A stretch of DNA of 64,000 nt. It comes from a virus. Below, piece after piece: positions 26,619-36,307 of this stretch (position 1 is the first letter of the stretch; each line of letters starts with the position of its first letter). Below the pieces are notes generated by a model. That model worked only from the letters and a program-made list of their open reading frames with translations. It ran no database searches and was not told where the DNA came from. Location of the stretch: positions 32,001-96,000 of IMG/VR virus record IMGVR_UViG_3300003886_000001; one strand, given 5' to 3'. The position numbers and the translations under genes were made by a program.

Positions 26619-26877
26619 GCCTAATCATCTCCGGAGAGTAACTGAGCCCGGCTAATTTGACTCCCTCTTGCTCAATCTCTTTTGTGGGGCCATGATGTTC
26701 CTGTAGGAATCCCATAACATTGTTAGGACGACACGCGGCTAGTGCCTCTTCAACCGTTTCGAAGTCCCCTAAGAATGTAGCATGAGTACCAGCTATTACC
26801 CTAACCTTGATGCTGGTACCCATGACTTCTCCTTCAAGACTCAGTTCCTGCAAGAGGAAGGGGGAAACCTCAACCAC
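26611..26877 (-). CDS. hypothetical protein (start probably internal)
   Basis: ORF within the operon. Confidence 0.45.
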   Translation of the reverse strand: MVEVSPFLLQELSLEGEVMGTSIKVRVIAGTHATFLGDFETVEEALAACRPNNVMGFLQEHHGPTKEIEQEGVKLAGLSYSPEMIRHA

Positions 26878-27232
26878 TCCACCCTACCTTTACGAGGTTA
26901 GCTACGGGCTGCGGAAGAATTTCTCCGAAGTAGTTCACGTGAGCCTTTTCTCCTTCAACGTCGACCACCTGTACGGGAGTAGCGTACTGGATGGCATGTG
27001 CCCGGTTCTTGTAGACGTCAAGCGGGCGAACTACCGTGTCACCGGCGACAATAGGGCCATCAACTGCGACCAGCACCTTTTCCTTTTCCTTCCGGGGACG
27101 ACCTACCGGACGCTTGGGGGCGTTTCGGCAAGTTGGGCACTTCAGCGGAGGCCGGCCACGACCAAGCTGTACATGCTCAAATTCGGAACCACATTCGGTA
27201 CAAACCTTGGTAACTGCCTTAGTGTTTTCCAT
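26870..27232 (-). CDS. zinc-ribbon protein with GRP (AT-hook-like) motifs
   Basis: CTECG...GRGRPPLKCPTC...PVGRPRK. Confidence 0.65.
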   Translation of the reverse strand: MENTKAVTKVCTECGSEFEHVQLGRGRPPLKCPTCRNAPKRPVGRPRKEKEKVLVAVDGPIVAGDTVVRPLDVYKNRAHAIQYATPVQVVDVEGEKAHVNYFGEILPQPVANLVKVGWSG

Positions 27233-27444
27233 GTCTTTATATTACCTCGTCTCTTTATGAGAAGGATGACCAAATATGGTCAAAACCTTGTCAAACTGGC
27301 AATGCTCCTCCATTTCCTTTACCTCTAGTCTAGTAGGGCTTTCATAGATGGCTAATTGCTTGCCCGGCCGGGAAGGGACCAGGTAAATCACAAAGTCCCA
27401 TTCTGGGTCAGATACTTTAGTAACAAGTTGTGGTTGTCCGTATG

Positions 27445-29352
27445 TCATTCTTCCAACTGCCTTCGGTATTTGTGGACAAGGTGCTGTCCTATGATTGCCT
27501 GCTTAGAAGTCAAAAACGGGGCTTCGGCCAAAGAATGTCCAATGTTAGAGTCTACCATACTAAATCCCATCCCATTCCTTTCGGTAGCCCTGTCAGAATC
27601 TAACAGCGCTAGCTGCTGTAGCTTAGCGTGAATGATGCTAATTTCGTCCTCCTCCATGTACTCTGCGGTTTCTTCTATCTCTCGATAGGTGGGGTAATCG
27701 TCGTCATTAAGCTGATATTCGGCATCAAGCGCCTTATCAATAACCCTTTGTTTCCCGATAACGGTCTGGGCCATAAGGGCATCGAGACTGCCTTCCAATA
27801 CCAAGTGCTGTACCAAGACGGCATCATCTTGTCCAATACGGTGGCACCTGTCTTCTGCCTGGCTAATGTTTCCAGGCACCCAGTCTAACTCTGCAAACAC
27901 TACGTGGGAGGCTGCCGTTAGCGTAATTCCTACCCCGGCCGCCTGTATGTTCCCGAGGAAGTATTGCACGCTAGGGTCATTCTGGAACCTGCTTACGGCA
28001 ATTTCCCGGTCTTCCATCTTAGTGTCTCCGGTCAAGACAACGGCTGCCTCTCCCAGGTCTTCTTTAAGGGCGTAGATGACATCTTTATGGTGGGCGAACA
28101 CAACCACCTTATGGTCGATATTGTGGAGATGTTCCAACACGTACGGTATTTTAGCTACCGCCGTATCATGACGAAGCGCGGATAACTCACTAAAGTATAC
28201 CGCAAAGTCGTGCCGGAGTTCAGAAACCGCATGGGCATATTCCTCAGGACTGCCCGCTTTAGCCAACTCCACGTTAGCCTTCAAGGTCTCTTGCTTTTCC
28301 CACGCCTCTGCTTCTGCCTTTACCAGATAGCGTGCATCACCTTCGGGTGGAATTTCAATAATCTGTCGCCGCTTTGCTGGCAATTCTGTTAGTACGTCTT
28401 CCTTTAAACGCCTAATCATTAAACTACTCCGCAGCCGGTCCTGCAATTCTTCAAGGTTGCTTGACCCATTAAAGTCCCAACCGTAACCATTATTTGTAGC
28501 GCCGCAGTAGCGCTGGGCGTAGGTCCAGTAGGAAGGCCATTCCTTGGAGTCCAGGGAATGGAGTACCGGATATAGTTCAATAGGGCGATTAGTAATTGGC
28601 GTCCCTGTCAGGTAAATGCGTTTGTTGGCTTGAATGCCATTAATGGCAGCTTTACCTGTCTTTGTTTTTTTGGCCCCAAAGATGTACTTTGTCCGTTGGG
28701 CAGTCTGGTGCTTGAGGTAATGCACCTCATCAATAATGAGGATATCCCACACCTGACTAGTTAGGACCTCGTGGTGTTTTCTAACCACGTCGTAGTTAAT
28801 AATGACTATGTCCACATTCTCGGGATACTTACTGCGGTTGACAACACCGATTGTGTAAGGGAGAACGAGCCACTTTTCTAGTTCTTTACGCCAATTGAGA
28901 CGCAAAGAGGCTGGACAGATAATCAGAACTTTCTGCTTTTCAGAGGAATTAATAACCCCTATAGTTTCAATGGTTTTGCCCAGCCCCATTTCATCGCCCA
29001 ACAAGGTACCGGTCTTATTTAATGCAAATGCAATCCCGGCCTTTTGGTAAGGTAGGTATTCCAGGCCTTTCGGAGAGTCTACCGAAAGGTTAGCATCAGT
29101 AGCGCGAGAAAGCTCTCGATTAGCCTCTCGTTGCTCTAAAACTTCCGTCGGAACCTTCCCCCAGTGGCAGATGGTCCATTCCCCGTCATTCTCGCGAACA
29201 ACAGAATAGCCATCCTTTTTCAGATTAGCCTTGTCTTTCTTCCACAAGGCCCAGAACTCTTGCGTTGTATGGGCTTTGCGAAGAATACGTTCCCCATATT
29301 TAGTGCGGACAGTTCTGGGCTCGGTCCAGTTAAGTTGGTCTAGAACTTCCAT
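27445..29352 (-). CDS. SNF2/SWI2-family helicase
   Basis: GDEMGLGKT, DEVH, LTGTP, GVGITL, QAEDRCHRIGQ. Confidence 0.93.
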   Translation of the reverse strand: MEVLDQLNWTEPRTVRTKYGERILRKAHTTQEFWALWKKDKANLKKDGYSVVRENDGEWTICHWGKVPTEVLEQREANRELSRATDANLSVDSPKGLEYLPYQKAGIAFALNKTGTLLGDEMGLGKTIETIGVINSSEKQKVLIICPASLRLNWRKELEKWLVLPYTIGVVNRSKYPENVDIVIINYDVVRKHHEVLTSQVWDILIIDEVHYLKHQTAQRTKYIFGAKKTKTGKAAINGIQANKRIYLTGTPITNRPIELYPVLHSLDSKEWPSYWTYAQRYCGATNNGYGWDFNGSSNLEELQDRLRSSLMIRRLKEDVLTELPAKRRQIIEIPPEGDARYLVKAEAEAWEKQETLKANVELAKAGSPEEYAHAVSELRHDFAVYFSELSALRHDTAVAKIPYVLEHLHNIDHKVVVFAHHKDVIYALKEDLGEAAVVLTGDTKMEDREIAVSRFQNDPSVQYFLGNIQAAGVGITLTAASHVVFAELDWVPGNISQAEDRCHRIGQDDAVLVQHLVLEGSLDALMAQTVIGKQRVIDKALDAEYQLNDDDYPTYREIEETAEYMEEDEISIIHAKLQQLALLDSDRATERNGMGFSMVDSNIGHSLAEAPFLTSKQAIIGQHLVHKYRRQLEE

Positions 29353-29392
29353 ATCTAAATCCTAGCATAACTACATGAGAGCCTCCTGAGGA

Positions 29393-29662
29393 TTAATCTT
29401 TAACCTTCTCTAGGGTAACCATATTAAAACTTACTGCAAATCTTTCTAGGTATACCTCGGTCCTCAGAGGGTACACTTCTACCCTTCGTACCAGGTACCG
29501 TTTCTCCTTAACCAGTAACGTCCTTACCTGGTTGCGGTCAGAATCCGAGCCAGCTTCAAAAAATGGAATAACAATGTCCCCAGGTTGTAAAGGATAGGTA
29601 GGGTCATCAAAGACGACCTTACCATTTGGTAAAACATCAGGCTTAGTAAAGTTTTGTGTCAT
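29393..29662 (-). CDS. hypothetical protein
   Basis: Coupled ORF. Confidence 0.55.
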   Translation of the reverse strand: MTQNFTKPDVLPNGKVVFDDPTYPLQPGDIVIPFFEAGSDSDRNQVRTLLVKEKRYLVRRVEVYPLRTEVYLERFAVSFNMVTLEKVKD

Positions 29663-30132
29663 CTTTCCCCCCGTATATAGCGGACTTCAAAGGGATATTC
29701 CAGATAGTTAGCCAAAGACATTTCATGCTCGGGCTGAGAGTCCTCAAGATGTAGTTGTACAACTTCCTCCATTTCCGTATATAGCTCCTCTAAGGTTGCA
29801 GCGGTGACAGCTGCCTGCCAACGCAACGCTCCTGCCGACCAATTATGCTCTAGTTGTACTGTTGCAAAAGGATAGTAACCTAGGCACAGGTCGTGGATAT
29901 TATTGTATGCTAGTGCCGCGCCTGTATCTTCGACGTCGTCGTGATGGAAGTGGTTAATAAGTATTTGAGCTGGGCGTTGTATCTCGTTGAGGATTGTCTC
30001 CATAGACACGCCCTCTGCAATATCCCACCACAAAACAAGTCTAGCATGGGGAGAGTCTTCGTCTCCGCTAACTAGATAACTATCTTTTACGTGGAGGCCG
30101 ATTCTCTTAGGACCGCCCATTATCAATTCCAT
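29659..30132 (-). CDS. hypothetical protein, possible C-terminal HicB-like segment
   Basis: TAATLEELYTEMEEVVQLHLE. Confidence 0.55.
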   Translation of the reverse strand: MELIMGGPKRIGLHVKDSYLVSGDEDSPHARLVLWWDIAEGVSMETILNEIQRPAQILINHFHHDDVEDTGAALAYNNIHDLCLGYYPFATVQLEHNWSAGALRWQAAVTAATLEELYTEMEEVVQLHLEDSQPEHEMSLANYLEYPFEVRYIRGER

Positions 30133-30134
30133 TT

Positions 30135-30467
30135 TTAAGTCCTTTCTACATAATTTGAGATACGCTTTTCAGCGCCGGCGGCATTACCAACTAATGCTCT
30201 AATAAACCCCCATCTACTTCCACGTGGATAAGGTGGTGCCATAATGTACTCATTAAGAATTATTTGAGCATCCACTACCAGCTTTGGGAGTAGTGACTCA
30301 GCGTATTCCGGGGTACGTGAGGGAATAAACCACCACCTAAACACAGCACCATAAAATACTTCTACATCAGATACTTTAGAGTTAATAGCTAATACTCCAG
30401 TATCAAGATGCAAGGCAATATAGGATGCCTTAAGTATAGGGTGATATTCTACTTTAACAGTCTTCAT
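30135..30467 (-). CDS. LDxxTG..W..PFAQ paralog family member
   Basis: IALHLDTGVL, RWWF, LLPKLVVDAQIILN. Confidence 0.65.
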   Translation of the reverse strand: MKTVKVEYHPILKASYIALHLDTGVLAINSKVSDVEVFYGAVFRWWFIPSRTPEYAESLLPKLVVDAQIILNEYIMAPPYPRGSRWGFIRALVGNAAGAEKRISNYVERT

Positions 30468-31023
30468 GGTCTGGTTTTTCTCGGGCTAGATTCCGGCAAT
30501 CAAATAAATATTCCTTTAGGTCTAAAAGGACCGTTATTAAATCATCCTCTTCATAGGATGCATTCAATATAGGAGCCCTAGGGTTATCCTCTAAATAATG
30601 ACTCATGTCTTCCAATTGTCCGTCTGTTGTATAACTATACACAGAGTCAATAATTCTCCCATCATCCCAATCGGCGGCCTCTACATAACGTACTGGTTTA
30701 TGTTCCTCTGTACGCGTCTTGCAGGCTGTAGCTATTCTTGCGTGGGCTTCTAATGCAGAACCACCCGAATCCAAGGCAATCTGAGCATCTCCCGCAATAT
30801 TTCCCAGCAAACTATCAGCGGCAATCGGGGTTAATACCCCTATAGGCCAGACTAGTGACTTCGTTCGTAGTCCCTCCGACCTCTGTATTGATAAGCTACC
30901 GGCACCCCAATCTAACACTACCTCGCAAGGATGGGGCTTATTAGTAGGAAAGTCATACCATAATGAGTTCTTGAGTCGTGCGGAATCAAGAGCAGTGGGG
31001 ATGATGTTAATAATTCTCCTCAT
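30454..31023 (-). CDS. paralog family member with C-terminal extension
   Basis: VVLDWGAGSL, VWPIGVLTPIAADSLL, AQIALD. Confidence 0.65.
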   Translation of the reverse strand: MRRIINIIPTALDSARLKNSLWYDFPTNKPHPCEVVLDWGAGSLSIQRSEGLRTKSLVWPIGVLTPIAADSLLGNIAGDAQIALDSGGSALEAHARIATACKTRTEEHKPVRYVEAADWDDGRIIDSVYSYTTDGQLEDMSHYLEDNPRAPILNASYEEDDLITVLLDLKEYLFDCRNLAREKPDHEDC

Positions 31024-31412
31024 GCTCGTACAGCCCCGCATGCTTCCGCAATACGATTATAGGATGTTCTAGCGGATTCTGATACAACACTTCCCGCTAA
31101 GTCGTCCCAGATACTATCGGTTGGCGTTGCCGTTACCTCGCTGCCGTCAAGGACCCGTTGAGCAAACGGTTTAACGGTGTTCATAAGTGCATCCGCCGCA
31201 GGTCCTGATAGCGGGGCGATAGGCCATTCCAACGTAATTCCTACTAACACCCCTTCCGGGATTCTTCCGACGTCCCGGGTAAGGACATATAGACGCCCCG
31301 TTTCAAGGTCAAGACGCAAGAAACACGCCTCGGCCTCGCTATTCTGTTGAAGGGCTAAGTCTAGTTGCAGGATAGTATTAACCCTAACGTCCTTGACGGT
31401 TACAAGACGCAC
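31020..31412 (-). CDS. LDxxTG..W..PFAQ paralog family member
   Basis: LRLDLETGRL, EWPIAPLSGPAADALM, VKPFAQRVLDG. Confidence 0.7.
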   Translation of the reverse strand: MRLVTVKDVRVNTILQLDLALQQNSEAEACFLRLDLETGRLYVLTRDVGRIPEGVLVGITLEWPIAPLSGPAADALMNTVKPFAQRVLDGSEVTATPTDSIWDDLAGSVVSESARTSYNRIAEACGAVRA

Positions 31413-31413
31413 C

Positions 31414-31611
31414 TCAGTCTCCCCACCCCTCTGCTCGGTCCGCGCATTCATCACACTGGTAGTGGGCGCGGACATCGAGTTGTGTCAGCCGATTAGGTTC
31501 CCCGCAGGTGGGGCAAGGGAGGTTACGTGGGTTACGCCGAGTAGAGCGACGCAAGGCGCTACCACTATTCTCGAATCCAACACCATCAATCGGTTCATCG
31601 TAGTAATCCAT
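31414..31611 (-). CDS. small zinc-finger protein
   Basis: CPTC...CDECAD. Confidence 0.65.
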   Translation of the reverse strand: MDYYDEPIDGVGFENSGSALRRSTRRNPRNLPCPTCGEPNRLTQLDVRAHYQCDECADRAEGWGD

Positions 31612-31634
31612 GTCTTACTATAGCACCTGGTCAT

Positions 31635-31967
31635 CTAGGTGTCAACAGTTTGTTGACACAGTTTTGTGATTTGACGCTTCGCAGTGATAAACGGAGGGCC
31701 AAAACGCAGCACGTCTCCCGAGGCTGTATCAACAAACTGGCAGTTGTCAATCATTTGTTGAGCAAACGGGGTAATACTCTCTAGCAGGTCGTTGACATCT
31801 TCTGGTGCAACAATAACACGCCAATGTCTGACGGGGTTAGTGCGTGCGGCAGAATCTGTTTTTGGGGCGTCGTACCCCACTAGTGTAAGCTCTTCGCTAG
31901 CAATGTTGAAACGTACGTAAACAAACTTCCTGTCAGTAGCATTAACAATCTTTAAAGTTGTGGACAT
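31635..31967 (-). CDS. LDxxTG..W..PFAQ paralog family member
   Basis: HWRV, LLESITPFAQQMID, AKRQITKLC. Confidence 0.7.
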   Translation of the reverse strand: MSTTLKIVNATDRKFVYVRFNIASEELTLVGYDAPKTDSAARTNPVRHWRVIVAPEDVNDLLESITPFAQQMIDNCQFVDTASGDVLRFGPPFITAKRQITKLCQQTVDT

Positions 31968-32346
31968 TTATCTCCCCTTCTGCTAAGACTCCGATTATAT
32001 CCCATACCTCATCTTCTTTGATAAGGTTTGACATCCGGTTAGAATCGCCGGGGTCAAAAACCCTTCTACCATCCCATACCATAGCATGCCACTCTGTGAA
32101 TATGATGTGAACAGGAGCAAACGACTTAGGAGGCCAGGGTTTTCTTTCCACACCCAGAATGTGACCCTTTGGCCATGTCATGCGGTGAAGGTGTTTGATA
32201 CCATAGCCCGCTTCGAGCAGTAGATGCTTTACACCTGTCACGGTAGTTGCCGACCAACAGGTAGGAATGGTGTTAAGAGGCAGTCCTGTCACCATCGCGA
32301 TGCTCGCGGCGACGCATTGATTAGGCTGTTGTGAGACGTATTGGAT
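31942..32346 (-). CDS. C39-like cysteine peptidase, non-canonical start
   Basis: In-frame extension QYVSQQPNQCVAASIAMVTG; WHAMVWDG..VFDP. Confidence 0.6.
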   Translation of the reverse strand: MQYVSQQPNQCVAASIAMVTGLPLNTIPTCWSATTVTGVKHLLLEAGYGIKHLHRMTWPKGHILGVERKPWPPKSFAPVHIIFTEWHAMVWDGRRVFDPGDSNRMSNLIKEDEVWDIIGVLAEGEINVHNFKDC

Positions 32347-32416
32347 TAGTTTTTACTCCGCTCGCGTATGAGACAAACTGTCACCACTTGTTGATAAGTG
32401 GTGACGTTTTGTCTGA

Positions 32417-32716
32417 CTAGATTTGCTCATTTATTGAGATGGACGGTAAAGCCTGCTCTTCTAGCTCACCCATGTCTTGATAATTCAGGACCTCCAAGTT
32501 GTACAAAATGTTAACATTAAAACCTGCAACATCTTGTACTACCCATTCGGGGAATGCCGCGCTTCTTCCATCCTTAAGGTTGATTATCAATCCCCGAGGC
32601 ACCTTAAAGGCTCGGACAGGGGGCGCCCCTTTATGTACTAAAACATGAATAGTGGCTGGCGAGGAGATTCTTGAGTATACTTCCTTAAGTTCGCTTTTTA
32701 ATTCAGGCAGCGTCAT
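32417..32716 (-). CDS. hypothetical protein
   Basis: Coupled ORF. Confidence 0.5.
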   Translation of the reverse strand: MTLPELKSELKEVYSRISSPATIHVLVHKGAPPVRAFKVPRGLIINLKDGRSAAFPEWVVQDVAGFNVNILYNLEVLNYQDMGELEEQALPSISINEQI

Positions 32717-33114
32717 GGGCGCAACACCTTCTCTTCGCCTGCCGTGACCGTAGCCTTCCGGCTACCATTAAGAAACTCTACTTTATCAACTGCAACTGTG
32801 ACCGTAGGGCGGCGGTTGTCCTTATGGGACTTCACCGTATAAGCATACTCTCCGGTCATACTGGTAGACTTTACGACCCCGACGCTAAGAAAGTCCAGCG
32901 GACGACTAGGGTCCTGGGCATATTCCCCGGCCAGGTATACAACGAACTTGGCGGCAAGGTAAGGGGCATCATGGAATCGCGTATCTTTGGTTTCTGCCTC
33001 CACTTTGTCAAAGAAACCCTTGAATACATGAACCATTTCTTCGGGGTAGCCGTCCCAGTGCTTGTAGATAGTACCACCATTAGGTGCGAATGTTACTCGA
33101 CAAGGGGTAGACAT
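32713..33114 (-). CDS. hypothetical phage protein (IYxHWDGYP motif)
   Basis: TIYKHWDGYPE; EYAYTV. Confidence 0.7.
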   Translation of the reverse strand: MSTPCRVTFAPNGGTIYKHWDGYPEEMVHVFKGFFDKVEAETKDTRFHDAPYLAAKFVVYLAGEYAQDPSRPLDFLSVGVVKSTSMTGEYAYTVKSHKDNRRPTVTVAVDKVEFLNGSRKATVTAGEEKVLRP

Positions 33115-33138
33115 TTTAAGTTTCCTTTCCAAAGAAAG

Positions 33139-33327
33139 TCACTTGGCTTCAATTGTTACGCTGTAGTCTCCACTTTCGATGATGTTGTCTAAAAGGTCGT
33201 CCATGTTTGACGTATCTATTGCAATCATCTCATCTAGTACCCCTTGAGTCACTTTTTCCGGGGCTTTTGTAAAGTAGCCAGAGGGGTTGGCCTCGTATTC
33301 GTGAGTAAGGGTAAGCTTAAACACCAT
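33139..33327 (-). CDS. hypothetical protein
   Basis: ORF. Confidence 0.5.
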   Translation of the reverse strand: MVFKLTLTHEYEANPSGYFTKAPEKVTQGVLDEMIAIDTSNMDDLLDNIIESGDYSVTIEAK

Positions 33328-33472
33328 CTTTATCTATCAACCTCTCTAGTCTCAAGCCTTCTTTAAGCACCTGTCGAGCCTTTCCTCGGACCTCTTGCAA
33401 AAGGGCCATGACCCGCTTTTTTCCGTAGTCTTGTCCAAACTTCCTTTTATGTGTCTTTCCCATGTCCTTATC

Positions 33473-34147
33473 CTACTTGTCCTGACGATGAGAAAGATGT
33501 GAAGTTACACGTAGTCTCCCGCGACCGTGGGCCTTGAACCCAACCGTTAGGGAACGATTTGGCTTGAAGCAGAGGCGGCATTTATCGCAGGTCATGCCAA
33601 CGGTCTGGTTCGGACATACTACCACGTCACCGAAACGCTTCCCTTTAATATCATATGGCAACACTATGACGGTATCCCAACCTGCTGCACGAGCTTCCTT
33701 TACCTCTTCCGGTTGCTCGCAGGAAGCGCTTAATGTCAAGTTTTCGGGGAACACAAACCGCTTACGGTCAATGACCCGCCATGCATGAGTGTACCCATAC
33801 ATCTTTACGTCGGGGCGCTCTTTGGCCCCGAGGATGATAGCGTCAAGGTAGTCTACGTCTAGGTCGCCATCCGCCATAACATCGCCGGATACATGTAGCC
33901 GAAGGGCGGCCCCGTGGGGAATCCTCTTCAATTCCCGGAGAAAGACTTTACCGTCTTCCGTAGAGTAAGTGCCTATACTCTGTAGTCTTACATTGCCAAA
34001 TTGCGCATAGCAGCCATTGTTCAACAGGCTACAATTAGTGGGGCAAGACGTACCAACTTCACGATAGGTAGCGTAGAATGGGAGATGCTTGTTGTTGCCT
34101 ACAAGTTTTCTGTTAGCTGTAGGCTTGAGTGTTACTCGGAGTGCCAT
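33473..34147 (-). CDS. Gp88-like Cys-rich protein
   Basis: SCPTNC...CYA, LRLHVSGD, YGYTH, CPNQ..TCDKCRLC. Confidence 0.75.
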   Translation of the reverse strand: MALRVTLKPTANRKLVGNNKHLPFYATYREVGTSCPTNCSLLNNGCYAQFGNVRLQSIGTYSTEDGKVFLRELKRIPHGAALRLHVSGDVMADGDLDVDYLDAIILGAKERPDVKMYGYTHAWRVIDRKRFVFPENLTLSASCEQPEEVKEARAAGWDTVIVLPYDIKGKRFGDVVVCPNQTVGMTCDKCRLCFKPNRSLTVGFKAHGRGRLRVTSHLSHRQDK

Positions 34148-34223
34148 GGATAAATAATAGCGTTAAATAGTCTGAGAAGCATGAGACTAATCTTTCTCAT
34201 TAACTATCAGACTAAAATAGAGC

Positions 34224-34715
34224 ATGGAGCAGAAAAAGGCCGTCACCCTTGCCCGGAAGTTAATGAACCAACATGGTCTAGATACATTAACGCTCAAGAT
34301 AAGTAGTAGTAAACGAACCTTGGGAACCTATCAGTACAGAACAAGCGCACGTGGCGTTCACGAACCCGTGCAGATTAAGCTGTCAAAATATTGGTTAAAA
34401 ATATTGGATGAGGACCAAGTACGGGACACAGTGTTGCATGAGATTGCCCATGCGCTGACCCCTGACCATGGCCATGACCATGTCTGGCAACAGATGGCCC
34501 GGAAACTAGGAGTTTCTCCATCTCGTACGGCCCACGATGTTCCGGTAGAAGTACAGAAACGCCTTCGCCAGAGCGTGGCAAAATACGTCGCCATCTGTGA
34601 GACCGACCCATCCCATCGGTATTATTTTAATCGTATGGGGAAATTATGGTCCGCCGGAGCATACCGCTGTCACTGCGGAGGCCGTTATCATGTTTCTCAT
34701 AATTCTTCGGGATAA
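34224..34715 (+). CDS. SprT-like zinc metalloprotease
   Basis: VLHEIAHAL, HGHDHVWQ, C-terminal Cys cluster. Confidence 0.85.
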   Translation: MEQKKAVTLARKLMNQHGLDTLTLKISSSKRTLGTYQYRTSARGVHEPVQIKLSKYWLKILDEDQVRDTVLHEIAHALTPDHGHDHVWQQMARKLGVSPSRTAHDVPVEVQKRLRQSVAKYVAICETDPSHRYYFNRMGKLWSAGAYRCHCGGRYHVSHNSSG

Positions 34716-34840
34716 GATAAAGACATGGAACAGACACTCAAGCGCTTGGCTCGTGACTATTATAGGCACAATTGCCCCCTCCCTGATTACCTACTGGCTG
34801 TAATCACCCGTTCTCCTCTTCCTTACGGTTTTTCCTCCCC

Positions 34841-35212
34841 ATGACTTCTATAACGTTTCTTGGAGAGGTACCTAAACCTGCTCGTCAAATTGGATTAGAT
34901 GTGTTATCCGGAGAGTTATGGGTAACCTGGAACCAGAGGAAGACATCGACTCAAAAGGAATGCTTACGTAAGGCCGGGATAGAGCCGCATAAGTTTGACT
35001 GGGCAATCCTGTGGTGGGGAATTGAAGAAGTATTACCCCCAAAGGAATTGAAGACTTTACTCCGGTCGATTAAGCCACACATACAGATTCTGTTGGATAA
35101 TTATAAGCTTGTAAAAGATGCGGCTGGAAACAATAAAGTTGACCTTCCAGACGGCCCCGCGAGCGCCGCTTACTACGCCATCTGTGACCTATGCGATAGC
35201 ACCTACTTATAA
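34841..35212 (+). CDS. LDxxTG..W..PFAQ paralog family member
   Basis: IGLDVLSGEL, WWGI, LLRSIKPHIQILLD. Confidence 0.7.
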   Translation: MTSITFLGEVPKPARQIGLDVLSGELWVTWNQRKTSTQKECLRKAGIEPHKFDWAILWWGIEEVLPPKELKTLLRSIKPHIQILLDNYKLVKDAAGNNKVDLPDGPASAAYYAICDLCDSTYL

Positions 35213-35257
35213 TTCTCATCTTTAACGGTGCTATTGTATGGGTAGGAGGAAAATACC

Positions 35258-35566
35258 ATGAAGTCGGTGAATGTGATTGCGCCTTCTGAGCTGGAAGACC
35301 ATTATGTTATACTGGACTACGAGACTGGAAACTTGTCTGTAGGGTCTGGTAAAAATACCGGTATTGCTACGATTTGGAAGATTCATAAGGACTTGTCAAC
35401 GCCTGCTTTGAAGATGCTTTTGCAGGATATTAAACCCTATGCACAGCAGGTGCTTGATGGTTCACACCCGGAGCCCGTCCTGGTTGTAATGACCAAAGAA
35501 GCGGTTCGGGCAGAAGCTGATATCTCCATCCTATGCGCGGAAGTGAGCGGCTATGAGGATTGTTAA
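35258..35566 (+). CDS. LDxxTG..W..PFAQ paralog family member
   Basis: ILDYETGNL, IWKI, LLQDIKPYAQQVLDG. Confidence 0.7.
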   Translation: MKSVNVIAPSELEDHYVILDYETGNLSVGSGKNTGIATIWKIHKDLSTPALKMLLQDIKPYAQQVLDGSHPEPVLVVMTKEAVRAEADISILCAEVSGYEDC

Positions 35567-35735
35567 ACATGGTAGAGAGTAAACCCGTGACAGGACCATA
35601 CTTGCCTAGCGGTCCTGTTGCCGCCGCTTTGGAGATTTGTATTCCCTTGATGAAGAAAATGACCAAAGAAGCGGTTCGAGCAGAAGCTGATATCTCCATC
35701 CTATGCGCGGAAGTGAGCGGCTATGAGGATTGTTA
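35488..35735 (+). repeat. 78-bp direct repeat (35488-35565 and 35658-35735)
   Basis: One mismatch; 170-bp period. Confidence 0.92.
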
Positions 35736-35736
35736 G
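35569..35736 (+). CDS. 55-aa ORF sharing its C-terminus with 35258..35566
   Basis: MVESKPVTG...MTKEAVRAEADISILCAEVSGYEDC. Confidence 0.45.
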   Translation: MVESKPVTGPYLPSGPVAAALEICIPLMKKMTKEAVRAEADISILCAEVSGYEDC

Positions 35737-36307
35737 ACGTACAGCCCCAATAGAAGGTAAACCCTTTATAGGGTTATATTTGCCTGGTAGCATTCTTTCG
35801 TGTTATAGCCTTTGTTCTGACCCAGCTAGTTTGTCCTACGACTTATTTGCTGATTCAGCTATATGGGACCGTTTTCAGCTGAATTGGGAAGTCGGGCCTC
35901 TAACCCTAAGTGGTATTAACCAGTTAATGGAGGATATTTCCGACCTGGCACAGATAATTGTGGATGGCTCCGTGTTGGACTTTGACAACGAGACGGTTAT
36001 AAGTACGGCGCCGGCTACCACTGCCATAAAAGAGATTAAAAAGGTTTGTAGGGATACTTTTCCTTCCCCTTATCCCTTGATAAAAAAAATGACGACAAAG
36101 TCATGGATAACCAGTATCCTACCTTGTCTTGATGATATTAAGGCATACACAGTTGTAGAGAAGTTGAAAGAGTGTAATAGAGACTATCACTTCCTCTTGG
36201 AATTGGAGACTGATATTGAGTCGCTATTAGGGGAGGGTATAGTGTTACTGGACCTTCCTGACTACCTACAAGGAATGCACGATAGGATGGTGTGTAATGC
36301 AATATAG
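35723..36307 (+). CDS. paralog family member with C-terminal extension
   Basis: NWEVGPLTLSGINQLM, AQIIVDGS, LLDLPDYL. Confidence 0.7.
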   Translation: MRIVRRTAPIEGKPFIGLYLPGSILSCYSLCSDPASLSYDLFADSAIWDRFQLNWEVGPLTLSGINQLMEDISDLAQIIVDGSVLDFDNETVISTAPATTAIKEIKKVCRDTFPSPYPLIKKMTTKSWITSILPCLDDIKAYTVVEKLKECNRDYHFLLELETDIESLLGEGIVLLDLPDYLQGMHDRMVCNAI

